Origin: a virus
Taxonomy: Duplodnaviria > Caudoviricetes
IMG/VR virus record: IMGVR_UViG_3300011678_000001
Coordinates: 205,791 to 269,790 of that record
Reading direction: 5' to 3' (one strand)
DNA: 64,000 bases
Shown here: positions 35,427 to 45,802 of the stretch, piece after piece
How the letters are laid out: each line of letters begins with the position of its first letter
Numbering within the stretch: the stretch's first letter is position 1
Made by a program: the position numbers and the translations under genes
The notes under the pieces: model-generated
Database searches by the model: none
What the model was told of the DNA's origin: nothing
The model's input: the letters and a program-made list of their open reading frames with translations, nothing else

Positions 35427-37997
35427 TTAAATGGGCAGGTGATCGATGACGATCGAGTGCGTGATGTCGATCTTGTCATTGAGCATGACGCGAATGACAC
35501 GGGCGATGAAGTTGTACTGGTACACGGTCAAGGCGTACGGGGTGTTGCGCTCATGGGCATCAATGGTCACGTAGCGCTCATCGAAGTCCATCATGGTCGG
35601 CTCGTAGTCGAGCAACCACAGGTAAGGCTCACACCATTTCCGCACATCCTGATCGCTGTAGTACTGTTGCAACGGCGTCTGGTCGAAGAACCCATTGATC
35701 ACATCGTGCATGATCTTGCTCACGAAGGGGCTGCACAACGCATGACGCCTTGGGATCAGGCTGACTTCTTGCGCTGGGATCTCACCCAGGCGTTCGGTCA
35801 TGTAGTCCTCGATCTGCAGGTCCGTGGCTTCAGCCCGATTACGCATGGAGTACGCATCTTCATACGTCACCCCACGCAAGGGGATCAGCGGCTCAGTGAC
35901 CTGATAGGGTGCACCGTTACGCACGTTGGCCAACAGGACCTCAGGACGGTTTTCCGCCCAGTCCATTTCTTCCCGGCAGTACAGACGACCATCGGCAATG
36001 ACCCGCACGACTTTGTCATCACGCAGGTTCCAACGGTTGTTACGGCTGAGCAGCCCGTTCTCAACAAACCCGTACTCGGCTTCCTTCACCCGGCTCATGT
36101 CCGGATTACAGAACCCGGTGGCACGGATCGTGACCGTGTTGTGAGTCCCCGCCTGGTTACGCCATTGCTTGTTGAAGATGCAGACTTCCTTATCGACCAT
36201 GACCCAGTCCAGCTTCTCGATCAACGGATGACCGTTCAGCCACACTTCAAGCAACCCACTTGGGATTTCAACCAAGCCGTTATACGCCACGCCATCGATG
36301 CGCAGTTCCTTAACGTTCAGACTGAACCGAAGCAGTTTGTCTGCGTAGTCGAGTTCCAAGTTGTAGGTCAGGAATGTGTCATCGAGCTTGATGGCGGTGT
36401 AGTACTCAGCCGGGTTGACCTTCCACATCACTGTCCCATCGACCAGGTCGTAGTAGGTGTCGTTATCGGTCACATCCATCCAATCACCTGTCGGTTTCCC
36501 GGCAAAGATGGGAGTAACGTAACACCGGAACGTCAGGCCTTCTGCTGGGGTGTGGTTATGAGCGTATACGGTGGAGAGCACGTCCCCGCCACGGCCACAA
36601 ATGGCTTCGACATACCGGCACTCAGCTGAACGAGGCACGTACCATTGCGCGTTCTGATTCAGGTGCCATCCAAGTAACACGCCTTGTGCGCTGTACTCGT
36701 AAACGGTACTCATGGCCCGAAGACCAAACGGTAATTCCACCCACGCCTTACTGCCCGCAACCTTTTGAGGGGTGTCAGCCAGAATGCGCGTGATTGAGTT
36801 ATACCCGTAAGCGGCCTCAACCATCTCACGAGTGATGGTGCCTGCTTTAGCTCGCATCAAGGCGGTGTACATGGATTTCTCCAAGGCCTCAATACGCCAG
36901 ACATCCACCACAGCTTCAGACCCCATGATCGCAGCCAGGAAGTCTTTGTCATCATCGAACTTATACAGCTCTTTGATGTGCTGGGCTTCGTCTAACAGGT
37001 CCTTGTCCATGCCCGAGCGACGCTGAACCAATTGCAGGGTCAGTTGGTTGTTCACTGCCCAGTTTGGATTGAGCGAGCAGAACCGGTCGATGTAGCTGGT
37101 CGGAACTGAGTAGTCTTGGTGAGTGACCATCCGGACGGAGTCTTCCAGGTTCTTGTGGAAGTACACGCCCTTTTGAACGAAGGGGGTGCGCTTGAACATC
37201 AGGAAGATGTCTTGATCATCGCGGTAACGCAACGTCAAGTCACCGGTGCGCGGTGGATGGAGCAGGTACTTCTGCTTGGTGTCCAGTTCAGATAGGAACA
37301 CCGGCAGGTCAGCGACCGCAAACTCAACCACCCGTTCAACCGAGCTGTCACGGACCAGTTCGACCCGATCACCCCGCACCACCGTAGCGGTAGTGATGTC
37401 ATTGACACGCCAGCCATTGACGTAGCAGAACACGTACCCCGAGCGCGCTTGCATTTGCCGCAACAGGAATGTCAGGGCATTGATCTGCGAGGTATTGGCC
37501 GGAAGACTATAGTGGTACTCGATGCCTTCGTGAACGTCGTGCTGTTCAATCCGGTTGAAGAACTCGTTGCTGTAGAAACGGAAGTACACATCCTCTTCAC
37601 CGAACAAACCAATGCTCGGGATATTCTCAACAGCCACCACAAGGTTGCTGTCTTCGGTCATGAGGAAGTAGACCGATTGCCGTGGAATCATCAAGCCGCG
37701 ATCGCTATAGATGTCGATCAGCATGCTGCTGTTGACCATCTGACTGCTCGCGCTGGTCCAGACGTTCTTTTTCAGTTCAAGGCCCAGGTTCACCTGAGCG
37801 ATGTTACCGAACTGAAACACGTGGTACCGCGTCCCCGGTGCGGGGAGGTTGTACGTGCTCCAAAGGACAGGGATGCTTCCACGAGCCCCGACTTTAGGGC
37901 TGATGCGTGCAGGCCGCAGGATGTGTTGCCGGTCTTGTTCCGGTGCACACCACACATGCTCGTACGCATGGTTGATCAAGAAATCATCGGAGTTCAT
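35427..37997 (-). CDS. virion structural protein, probably baseplate (phiKZ gp27-like)
   Basis: About 856 aa with N-terminal VWCAPEQDRQ; synteny. Confidence 0.72.
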   Translation of the reverse strand: MNSDDFLINHAYEHVWCAPEQDRQHILRPARISPKVGARGSIPVLWSTYNLPAPGTRYHVFQFGNIAQVNLGLELKKNVWTSASSQMVNSSMLIDIYSDRGLMIPRQSVYFLMTEDSNLVVAVENIPSIGLFGEEDVYFRFYSNEFFNRIEQHDVHEGIEYHYSLPANTSQINALTFLLRQMQARSGYVFCYVNGWRVNDITTATVVRGDRVELVRDSSVERVVEFAVADLPVFLSELDTKQKYLLHPPRTGDLTLRYRDDQDIFLMFKRTPFVQKGVYFHKNLEDSVRMVTHQDYSVPTSYIDRFCSLNPNWAVNNQLTLQLVQRRSGMDKDLLDEAQHIKELYKFDDDKDFLAAIMGSEAVVDVWRIEALEKSMYTALMRAKAGTITREMVEAAYGYNSITRILADTPQKVAGSKAWVELPFGLRAMSTVYEYSAQGVLLGWHLNQNAQWYVPRSAECRYVEAICGRGGDVLSTVYAHNHTPAEGLTFRCYVTPIFAGKPTGDWMDVTDNDTYYDLVDGTVMWKVNPAEYYTAIKLDDTFLTYNLELDYADKLLRFSLNVKELRIDGVAYNGLVEIPSGLLEVWLNGHPLIEKLDWVMVDKEVCIFNKQWRNQAGTHNTVTIRATGFCNPDMSRVKEAEYGFVENGLLSRNNRWNLRDDKVVRVIADGRLYCREEMDWAENRPEVLLANVRNGAPYQVTEPLIPLRGVTYEDAYSMRNRAEATDLQIEDYMTERLGEIPAQEVSLIPRRHALCSPFVSKIMHDVINGFFDQTPLQQYYSDQDVRKWCEPYLWLLDYEPTMMDFDERYVTIDAHERNTPYALTVYQYNFIARVIRVMLNDKIDITHSIVIDHLPI

Positions 37998-38013
37998 GAA
38001 ATCCACCTATTGA

Positions 38014-38952
38014 TTAACGGGTCTTGCCCTTGGCCATGCCCGCCAGCACTTCCATGGAGCGAACGAATTCATCCGCTGCACGGCCAGCACTCAGGCGTTC
38101 GACCAGTTTGCCCAGATGGGTCTTGCGCCACACCTTGGCGTTGCAGGCTGCTTCAACCAGGGCGAGGTAGGCAGGCGGGTATTCCAACGACACAGCTGAA
38201 ATTTCCTGTGCACCGTAGCCGAACCACGAACGCCCCAAGGTCATGACCAAGAAGCCCACGTTGATCTGGGACACACGGGTGTTGTGAACGAAATACGCCT
38301 GTACCGCTTTGACGTAATCGTCGAGCAGGGTCATGTACGGCACTTGTCCAACGATGCCTTCAATCAACGGCAACGGGTGGCGAGTCCAGCGCTGAATCAG
38401 CTTGACTGCCTTGGCTTTACCACTTTCAGACATGCAGTCCTGGGCATCATTGAACTGATGGAAGTAGTAGACACCCGTAATGATTTGAAGCTCTCTTGAC
38501 ACTTCAAGGTCAAGACCGAGTTTGCTGGCGATCGAATGACTCACCCACGAGATGTAAACCTGAGCCGCCAGATCACCGGTGCGCAGGAAATCTTCCCGCA
38601 GCGAAGGCTCTTTGATCCAGAGGGCTGTCAGTTCGCCAATGCGATTGAAGAAATCTGCCTGCATCTGGTTGACGACGACAAAGCCTGCATCCGAACGGTT
38701 CTCACGGCGCATGAACGATCGTCCGTCCATGAACACCGCACCGTCTTCATTCAGTCGACGGTCTGCGTATTCGCACGAAGTGATCGGCATCACAAACGGC
38801 GGGACCTTTTCGGCCAGAGGTGTGACCAGTAGCACCGACGCTGTGTCGGCGACCAATCCACCCATGGCTTTCGCGATGGCCAACTCGCTGACGATGGCTG
38901 CAACCGTTTTATGTTGCCGCAACACGGTGGAATTCCAGGGACTGACAATCAT
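38014..38952 (-). CDS. conserved protein (phiKZ gp28-like)
   Basis: Likely start MIVSPW at 38952; contains LEYPP; divergent from the sheath gene. Confidence 0.7.
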   Translation of the reverse strand: MIVSPWNSTVLRQHKTVAAIVSELAIAKAMGGLVADTASVLLVTPLAEKVPPFVMPITSCEYADRRLNEDGAVFMDGRSFMRRENRSDAGFVVVNQMQADFFNRIGELTALWIKEPSLREDFLRTGDLAAQVYISWVSHSIASKLGLDLEVSRELQIITGVYYFHQFNDAQDCMSESGKAKAVKLIQRWTRHPLPLIEGIVGQVPYMTLLDDYVKAVQAYFVHNTRVSQINVGFLVMTLGRSWFGYGAQEISAVSLEYPPAYLALVEAACNAKVWRKTHLGKLVERLSAGRAADEFVRSMEVLAGMAKGKTR

Positions 38953-39118
38953 TTTCTGCAACCTCTTCCTGTGCATCTGGTAAAAAAATACAAAATAGTA
39001 TGTGGTGGTGGTATCGAACACATCGAGTACCGAATCCTACGTGTTAAATGTAGGCAAGGGCCATACCATTCGTAACTTCACGCGCGAAGTTGATTCATTT
39101 CCCATGGGAGACATTATA

Positions 39119-41173
39119 ATGTCGTCTGTATCAATGGCTTCGTCTTTGCCGAGAACGGAAGTTCTTGGTTTTAAAGATGTGAGCGGCCAAGGCCAACCGC
39201 TGGAGATCGTCAACCTGCCGATCTTCCTGCCGTTCTGCCCGCTGTACACGTCTTGGGGTCCGTCGGACACTGCCAACCTGGTCAGTGGCGATGGCTTCAG
39301 CACCATTTATGGCGCTGATAACTTCTACGCCGGTTCCAAGTTCCTGAGCCACCAGGCTGCCATGCTTGAGAAAGTCATGCAGGTCGGTGCTATGGCGCTT
39401 GTGCGTCGTATGAAGCCTGCAGGTGCCAAAGTGGCCACCCTGCGCGTCTGGGCTGATGTTGTCGCTGACAAGATCGACCAGTACGAGCGTAACGTCGACG
39501 GTAGCTACAAGCGCACCAACGGCGAACTGGTTCCGACCGGTGAACAGGTTGATGGTTTCCGCGTCCGCTTCAGCGTTGATGAGCCAGGTGATGGCGCCAT
39601 CCGTCAAGGTAGCCCGACCACCGGCACCATGACGTCCAGCACTGGCGAGCCGTCGACCATGTACCCACTCATCGACATGGAAGCTCGCTTCTTCGGTGAG
39701 AAAGGTTCGAACTTCGGTATCCGTCTGGTTGCCCCGAACACCAACTCCAGCACTCCGGCAAACGCCGAGCTGGTAGAAAGTCAGGGTGCGTTCCTGTATC
39801 GTCTCTCTATTCTGGAGCGTGCGAACAAGAACTCCACTGGCGAAGTGCTGATGAACATGAACGGTGAGCCGTTCGTTGAGTTCAGCCTGAAAACCGGTGT
39901 GGTCGATTCGAAGACCAACATCAACTACTCCTACGACAAGCGCATCCTCAAGGCGTTCGAGGACAACGATCCGGAAGTGTTCACCGGTTACGGCCCTCTG
40001 AAGTCGTTCCACGTGTACAGCGCTCACCTGAAGACCGTTCTCGATATGCTGCTGAGCACCGAGGCAGACTACGGTCTGATCTCTGCTGACGCCACGCCTG
40101 AGCATTCGATCAACCTCTTCGGCGCTGCCGACATCAACGGCGTACCGTACTACTCGATCAAGGTCGAAGGTCCGTCTGCTGGTGGTGTGCTCTTCGGTGA
40201 TTCGGCCACTCACTGGCTGCTCGGTGGTTCTGACGGTGACGTCAGCCCTGAGGCGTACGACGCTGCCGTACAAGGCGAACTGAACGTATTCGGCGAGGGC
40301 GAGATCCCTTACGCTGACCGCGCCAGCTTCCCGATGTCCGCGTTCATCGACACCGGCTTCACCCTGGAAACCAAGCGTCTGATGTCCAACATCATGCGCG
40401 TGCGTCCAGACGCCTGGGTCCTGGCTTCCACGCAGGACGTGCTCGAGCCGCTGAACACGCCGGAAGAAGATTCCAGCATCGGCGCTACGCTGCGTAATGC
40501 CCTGGCTCTGGTTCCTGAGTCTGAGTTCTACAACACCGGCGCTTGCCGTGCAGTCGTCATGAAGCACGCTGGCGAGTACCTCGATTCCCAGTACGACGGC
40601 ATCCTGCCGTTCTCCGTGGACTTCGCGGTCAAGGTTGCTGCCTACATGGGTGGCGAGAAGATGCGTACCGGTTATGCGCCGGACAACGGTTACTACCGTG
40701 TTGTGGCTCGCTTCATCAACCACAATGCCAAGTTCCGTCACGTCAAGCCGCGTAACACCGATTGGCAAGCGGGTATCAGCTCGGCTGAACCGTTCGACCA
40801 TCGTGGTTCGGTGTTCTTCCCCGGCATCCAAACCGTCTATCACGACAACACGTCGGTCCTCAACTCCTTCTTCCCGATGGCGATCTGCTGCCACCTCAAC
40901 CGCCTCGGCGAGTTGGCATGGCGCATGTTCACTGGCGACAGCCGCTTGACTGCTGGCGAGTACGCTGTGAACGTCGACCGCTTCCTGGAAGGTCAGGTGA
41001 AGGATCGTTACGATGGTCGTGCTGACATCACCCCGCGTTCCTACTACACCGCTGCTGACACTCAGCGCGGCTACAGCTGGCACACGGACATCGAAGGCTT
41101 GTTCGACGGCATGAAGACGGTCGGTGTATTGACTGTTGTTGCTGGTCGTCGTCCTGGTCAGGAGACTGAATAA
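39119..41173 (+). CDS. contractile tail sheath protein (phiKZ gp29-like)
   Basis: 684 aa from MSSVSM with high-expression codons; GFKDVS, FIDTGFTLETK, PESEFYNTGACR, FFPGIQTVY. Confidence 0.88.
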   Translation: MSSVSMASSLPRTEVLGFKDVSGQGQPLEIVNLPIFLPFCPLYTSWGPSDTANLVSGDGFSTIYGADNFYAGSKFLSHQAAMLEKVMQVGAMALVRRMKPAGAKVATLRVWADVVADKIDQYERNVDGSYKRTNGELVPTGEQVDGFRVRFSVDEPGDGAIRQGSPTTGTMTSSTGEPSTMYPLIDMEARFFGEKGSNFGIRLVAPNTNSSTPANAELVESQGAFLYRLSILERANKNSTGEVLMNMNGEPFVEFSLKTGVVDSKTNINYSYDKRILKAFEDNDPEVFTGYGPLKSFHVYSAHLKTVLDMLLSTEADYGLISADATPEHSINLFGAADINGVPYYSIKVEGPSAGGVLFGDSATHWLLGGSDGDVSPEAYDAAVQGELNVFGEGEIPYADRASFPMSAFIDTGFTLETKRLMSNIMRVRPDAWVLASTQDVLEPLNTPEEDSSIGATLRNALALVPESEFYNTGACRAVVMKHAGEYLDSQYDGILPFSVDFAVKVAAYMGGEKMRTGYAPDNGYYRVVARFINHNAKFRHVKPRNTDWQAGISSAEPFDHRGSVFFPGIQTVYHDNTSVLNSFFPMAICCHLNRLGELAWRMFTGDSRLTAGEYAVNVDRFLEGQVKDRYDGRADITPRSYYTAADTQRGYSWHTDIEGLFDGMKTVGVLTVVAGRRPGQETE

Positions 41174-42039
41174 TGGGCGTCCGTCATCGCGACACTCTCC
41201 TGGGCCAAGGCCTGGGATACGGTGAGTTCAACAACTCGCCGATGGTAAACCTGGCAGTTGGTGGGCAGAACGCCTACCAGTCTGACCTGCGTTACTTCCA
41301 TGCCAACACCGACTACGTCCGTCGTAACCTGGTCATCAAGGTGTTGCAGGCTCCTCGTGGGTTCCAGCTGCTGGATAATCCGGACAGCTACTACAAGGCC
41401 CTCAAAGGCATTGTGGAAATGCACGCACAGACCTGGGACGGCTTCAACCGTACCCTGCAGGTCAACAGTGTCGAGGCTCCGATCTCCGGTGCTGGTGAAG
41501 TGCAGCACACCCCGAGCAACGTGACGCGCACGCGTTCCGATCCTTCGATGTCCATCCGTGAAAAGTACGGTCGTCCGGTTCAGCGGTTCTTCGAATCCTG
41601 GATCACCGAGCTGATCATGGACCCGGACTCGAAGGTCCCAGGTATCGCCACGCGCGTCAACGCGCCGACCGACCTGCTGCCGGACATGTACTCTATGTCC
41701 ATCATCGCGTTCGAGCCGGACCCGACCTTCACCAAGGTCAACGCGGCTTGGCTGATGACCAACATGTACCCCACCACTGCTGGCGACTTCACTGGTCGTC
41801 GCGACAAGACTGCAGACGGCGAAGAGCTGATGCTGTCGATCCCGTGGACAGGCATGCAGCAAGTGGGTATCGCGGTAGACCGCTTCGCTCAGCAGCTGTT
41901 GGACGCCATGCCGAAGACGGGCACCAGCCCGAACCTGAAGCCTGCGTTCATGACTGCCGTGGAAGAAGACGTCAAGAAGCACAACGTCGGCTTCACTGAG
42001 CAGGTTGCGGAGTTCAACCGTACTTTCATCAAGCTCTAA
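41173..42039 (+). CDS. tail tube protein (phiKZ gp30-like)
   Basis: 288 aa coupled to the sheath by TAATG; GGQN, YVRRN, EKYGRP, FEPDP, NMYP. Confidence 0.82.
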   Translation: MGVRHRDTLLGQGLGYGEFNNSPMVNLAVGGQNAYQSDLRYFHANTDYVRRNLVIKVLQAPRGFQLLDNPDSYYKALKGIVEMHAQTWDGFNRTLQVNSVEAPISGAGEVQHTPSNVTRTRSDPSMSIREKYGRPVQRFFESWITELIMDPDSKVPGIATRVNAPTDLLPDMYSMSIIAFEPDPTFTKVNAAWLMTNMYPTTAGDFTGRRDKTADGEELMLSIPWTGMQQVGIAVDRFAQQLLDAMPKTGTSPNLKPAFMTAVEEDVKKHNVGFTEQVAEFNRTFIKL

Positions 42040-42052
42040 GCCTGACGAAAGA

Positions 42053-42099
42053 AAAAAAGAACAGCTAGGAGGGAGCCCACTGGGCTCCCTCCTATGCCG
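42053..42099. terminator. bidirectional terminator with TATGCCG
   Basis: A-tract, TAGGAGGGAGCCCA-C-TGGGCTCCCTCCTA, TGCCG. Confidence 0.75.
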
Positions 42100-42103
42100 T
42101 CAG

Positions 42104-43981
42104 TTAGTATTTCAGGACAATCGGACGCAATGCATTACCTGGAACCCGGAGGCTCGCCGAATCAGGACTCAGCTTAGTTTCACGTCCAAGTCGACAAGTA
42201 TCTGCCAGTCGGACGATAAACATCTCGGCGTAGTCATCATAGTCAGTGATGATGTACGTGCCCTGCATCCCTTCGACTTTCACGAATTGGTTCATCTGCG
42301 GAATCCATGACTGGCATCCTGCATCTGCTTCTTCATGTTCACGACGTATGTCCTGCGCTGAGGTCATTTCACGCACACCTGCCCCGAAAGGTCGATGGGC
42401 GTTACGACCGCCCTTGAACTTCCGGCCGAGATCAGCAAACCCAAATTGCTTACGCTTCGACTCACCAATAACACGAATGTCCATGGTGACTTCCGCGGGG
42501 GCGTGGGTGATTTTCTCGGAGGAAACAGCCTTTAGGCAGCGGTTTTTATAGCAGTAGAAGAATGCATGATTCTTATGCACCACTTGCACTGCTACGGTAT
42601 CGTCATGACTGGCTTCATGTACCGATACCACCGCACTGTCGAGGATACCCTCATAATGCAGCTCATCGAACAATTCCGACCAGAACCAGCCCTTATCCAT
42701 GTTTTTCAAACGGGTCATGCGGTCGATATCATCGACACCCAGTTCAACCTCGAGCCAACGGTTACCCCGTAGCTCGACCTCGGTGTTGAGGTTTTCCACC
42801 TTGCTACCGCGTGCATCCTGAGGGGGTGTGGGTACAACTTCCTCCTTGTTCTCTTCCTGCCAGATCAGGTCGAACACCGCCAGGTCTTCTTCGATCTTGT
42901 CGCGCTCCATGGGAAGGAAGCGATTGACATCGAACCAGTAGTAGGTGCTCCCGCTGTGGTCGTTCAGCCGCATATACAGCTGGACCCCAGCTTGCGTGCA
43001 ACCCAGGGTTACCCTTACCATGGCCTTATTGTCACGGGCTATGAGGACGTCCTGAATCGCACTCCAGACCCCACCATTGTACATGGACAGGACCGCATCC
43101 AGCTCCTCTTCGCTATCGCAGAAGAGTTTGACCTTATTGCCGGTGTTCAGCGCCTTCTCGACACTGTAGCGCTTTTCAAACACCTCCTTATCCTTGGCAT
43201 TTTTAGCACCCAGCGCATTGCCAACAGTCCCCTTGGAATCAAGCATACGCTTAGCCAGATCAGCGCGTGGTGGTTCAGGGACCTCTTTCTTGAGACTGCG
43301 GGTGATGCGAGCGACCATGTGCCCAGCGCCGTTGACCCGTGGGTCGTCGGTTTCAACAATCGCCTCATCAACCACGGTCAGGAATACAATGGCCTTAGGG
43401 TCATCTGATTCAGGCACCAGCTCGATCCACTTGTGGTTACGGAACCCGACCATGGCACGGAAGAAGGCCACCTCGCCAAAGGTCACCGGCTGATTGTTGC
43501 GGTCGCTGTAGCCTGCTTGTTTATCAAGGGCGTTGATGAAATCCACGATGATCCCAGTTTTAGGGATTTCGCGGATACTTTCGGTTTTGACATGAACTTG
43601 CATGTTGACATCCTTTTCAGTAGAAGTAGGTTTAATTACTTTGGCACGCGGATCGGTTCGGCGTACTTTCATAATGGTTCTGTAGTTGTAGTTATCTTCA
43701 GGTACATAGGCCTCAAGATAAACCGTGCCATGGGTATCTGCACCATGGGTCAGGAAGATGGCTTCGTCATCCGCGTTCAGTATGACCACGTGGCGCTGCC
43801 GACGATAACCTTCGACCAATCTGAACTCTTCAACCGGACCAAAGCGCTTGGCCTTGGCGTCGACGCCAATGTAGCCCAGTTGCTGACCGATCAGGTTGAG
43901 GATCTTACGGTATTCGCCATGTTTGGGCAGGGCTTCTGGGTTTTCATAGATGTTCATGACGATGGGGAGTTGCGTTTTCAT
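42104..43981 (-). CDS. multidomain hypothetical protein with internal repeats, probably early
   Basis: 625 aa with AGGAG RBS and its own promoter motif; duplicated N-terminal domain. Confidence 0.8.
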   Translation of the reverse strand: MKTQLPIVMNIYENPEALPKHGEYRKILNLIGQQLGYIGVDAKAKRFGPVEEFRLVEGYRRQRHVVILNADDEAIFLTHGADTHGTVYLEAYVPEDNYNYRTIMKVRRTDPRAKVIKPTSTEKDVNMQVHVKTESIREIPKTGIIVDFINALDKQAGYSDRNNQPVTFGEVAFFRAMVGFRNHKWIELVPESDDPKAIVFLTVVDEAIVETDDPRVNGAGHMVARITRSLKKEVPEPPRADLAKRMLDSKGTVGNALGAKNAKDKEVFEKRYSVEKALNTGNKVKLFCDSEEELDAVLSMYNGGVWSAIQDVLIARDNKAMVRVTLGCTQAGVQLYMRLNDHSGSTYYWFDVNRFLPMERDKIEEDLAVFDLIWQEENKEEVVPTPPQDARGSKVENLNTEVELRGNRWLEVELGVDDIDRMTRLKNMDKGWFWSELFDELHYEGILDSAVVSVHEASHDDTVAVQVVHKNHAFFYCYKNRCLKAVSSEKITHAPAEVTMDIRVIGESKRKQFGFADLGRKFKGGRNAHRPFGAGVREMTSAQDIRREHEEADAGCQSWIPQMNQFVKVEGMQGTYIITDYDDYAEMFIVRLADTCRLGRETKLSPDSASLRVPGNALRPIVLKY

Positions 43982-44016
43982 GTTGTCACTCCTGATGGTG
44001 ATAGGTTATTCAGATG

Positions 44017-44044
44017 TATCATGTATGGTTGAAATAAAGTCGAG
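44017..44044 (-). promoter_or_regulatory. putative early promoter CTCGA-N14-TACATGATA
   Basis: Recurring motif immediately after terminator 44051-44095. Confidence 0.6.
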
Positions 44045-44050
44045 TCGGAC

Positions 44051-44095
44051 AAAAAAGAAATAAGGACAGGAGCCCGAAGGCTCCTGTCTATGCCG
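44051..44095 (-). terminator. intrinsic terminator with TATGCCG
   Basis: GACAGGAGCC-CGAA-GGCTCCTGTC (UUCG loop on the minus strand); T-tract. Confidence 0.75.
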
Positions 44096-44099
44096 CCTG

Positions 44100-44459
44100 T
44101 CAACCCCGACTGTACTGGGTGTCGACGTGCCCTAATGTGATCCAGCCCTTGTTGCTTTGGATCATCAGGTGGTTGGTGCGAAAGCCTCGCTTGACAATAC
44201 GACGGTATGGCGTGTAGGTCGGTTCACGATCCCCGTCACGCCAAAGGTCCACTTCAAATCCCGGTGTGCTGACTAAATCAATCACCGCCTGTAAGCTCGC
44301 TATATGCGCCATAACGCGTGGATCAAGATAATGCGAGGCGATGTATGGCGGAACACTTAAGTCGTCCTCTACGGCCCTTACAGCGGCTTCTAACGCTACA
44401 TGGTTATAGGTAGCATCGGGGTCGAGGTCAACAGGGATGTAATCCTCTAACACGTCCAT
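44100..44459 (-). CDS. hypothetical protein
   Basis: 119 aa ORF within the operon. Confidence 0.6.
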   Translation of the reverse strand: MDVLEDYIPVDLDPDATYNHVALEAAVRAVEDDLSVPPYIASHYLDPRVMAHIASLQAVIDLVSTPGFEVDLWRDGDREPTYTPYRRIVKRGFRTNHLMIQSNKGWITLGHVDTQYSRG

Positions 44460-44474
44460 GGCAAGGCTGTCTCA

Positions 44475-44957
44475 TCAAGTGCACTCGATCACCGTAAAGC
44501 GTGACCGACGGCGTGCGTATTCTTCTTGAGCCTCGTGCAAACGACGCTGCTCTTCTTTGAGTTCTTCATCCATCATGTCAATTCGGGCCAGGGCATCAAT
44601 CACGGTGCCAAGGTCCTCCAATGAACTGAAGACGGCTTCAGGGTTTTCTTCATTCATCCGGACACTCAAGCAGGGCTCTTTGATCCCAATGTCCAGGATG
44701 AAGTAATCCAGTTCGCCTTCTACATCCCAGAAGCTTACCCGGATGCAGTAGTCAAACCCTTCGAGGGTGCTGCGCGAGAACGCAAGGCGTGTATCCTCAT
44801 CGATCAACTCATCGCCCATGAACTGATTGGACTCATCAAAGATCGGGATACGGTCTTGATGACGCCATTCGTGCCCATGATCGGCAGCGTGGGCTACCTT
44901 GTCTTCAATCGCACCGAACGCTGCCACCAGTGCAGCCTCTATGATAGACAACTTCAT
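44475..44957 (-). CDS. highly acidic hypothetical protein
   Basis: 160 aa with GAGGTG RBS; ends RRSRFTVIECT. Confidence 0.7.
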   Translation of the reverse strand: MKLSIIEAALVAAFGAIEDKVAHAADHGHEWRHQDRIPIFDESNQFMGDELIDEDTRLAFSRSTLEGFDYCIRVSFWDVEGELDYFILDIGIKEPCLSVRMNEENPEAVFSSLEDLGTVIDALARIDMMDEELKEEQRRLHEAQEEYARRRSRFTVIECT

Positions 44958-45004
44958 ACCCACCTCTCAAAGCCTCCGCCCGAAGACGGAGGCATGCGTC
45001 AGAA

Positions 45005-45652
45005 TCAGCTACGGATTTCGCGGATCACCGTAAACTGCCGGCGCTTAACCGGAGCAGCTTTAGGCGAGCGCTTCGACCCTTCACTGACCGTGTTCTTGAC
45101 CGCCTTGGGTTCGGCCTTCTTCGGCTGAGCTTTGGGCTGAATCTTGGCTTCCGGTTGGATACCAGCGGAATGTGCCACGGCAGCGAGTGTCATACGTTTA
45201 GGCCGATTCTCACGCGGAGTATGAATGCGCTCACTGAAATAGAAGCCCATGCCACAGTTCTTGAACTGCACGAGGTAGGCTTTCTGAGTGGTGTCGAACG
45301 CTGCAGTGATGCCATACTCTTCGAGTAGGTCAGTCTTGCCGCCTTTAACCGCGTCCATCAGCAAGGGCTTGCTCTCGCGCACAATGGCGTCGATGCGATC
45401 TTGTAGGGACTGGGCCAGTGCAGCGCCGTAGAAGAAGTTGTCCTTACCCTTGGCATTCGGGTTGGGGGACATGCCGTCTTTGGCCCGCTGGCGAATGTCA
45501 GCCATGTGCAGGATGTCGTCGGTCATGATCAAGCGGAAGTAGAACCCGCCTTTGAGCAGTGCCTCGGCAATCGCCTGAAGCTCGTTACGCAGGATGACTT
45601 GTTCCTGACTGAGTTCCAGGCAAGTGTTGGCTGGATCGACGAAAGCGTTCAT
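45005..45652 (-). CDS. hypothetical protein with Lys/Ala/Pro-rich basic tail
   Basis: Start 45652 has an AGGAG RBS; alternative start 45700. Ends RRQFTVIREIRS. Confidence 0.75.
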   Translation of the reverse strand: MNAFVDPANTCLELSQEQVILRNELQAIAEALLKGGFYFRLIMTDDILHMADIRQRAKDGMSPNPNAKGKDNFFYGAALAQSLQDRIDAIVRESKPLLMDAVKGGKTDLLEEYGITAAFDTTQKAYLVQFKNCGMGFYFSERIHTPRENRPKRMTLAAVAHSAGIQPEAKIQPKAQPKKAEPKAVKNTVSEGSKRSPKAAPVKRRQFTVIREIRS

Positions 45653-45802
45653 GTGGTGCTCCTGTTGTCTATGCTTGAGTGTAAGGCATGTGTTGGCCAT
45701 GCTTCACAGAATGTTCGGGACCAGTTCTATATTCCTGGCTTAGAAAAAAGAAACGACATAACAACCAGTCACCGAAGTGACTGGCTGCGTGGCCGCAATT
45801 GC

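Noticed and set aside
39131-41083. 650-aa - strand ORF antisense to the tail sheath
   Set aside because: Same codon-bias shadow; V/D/R/H-rich nonsense composition.
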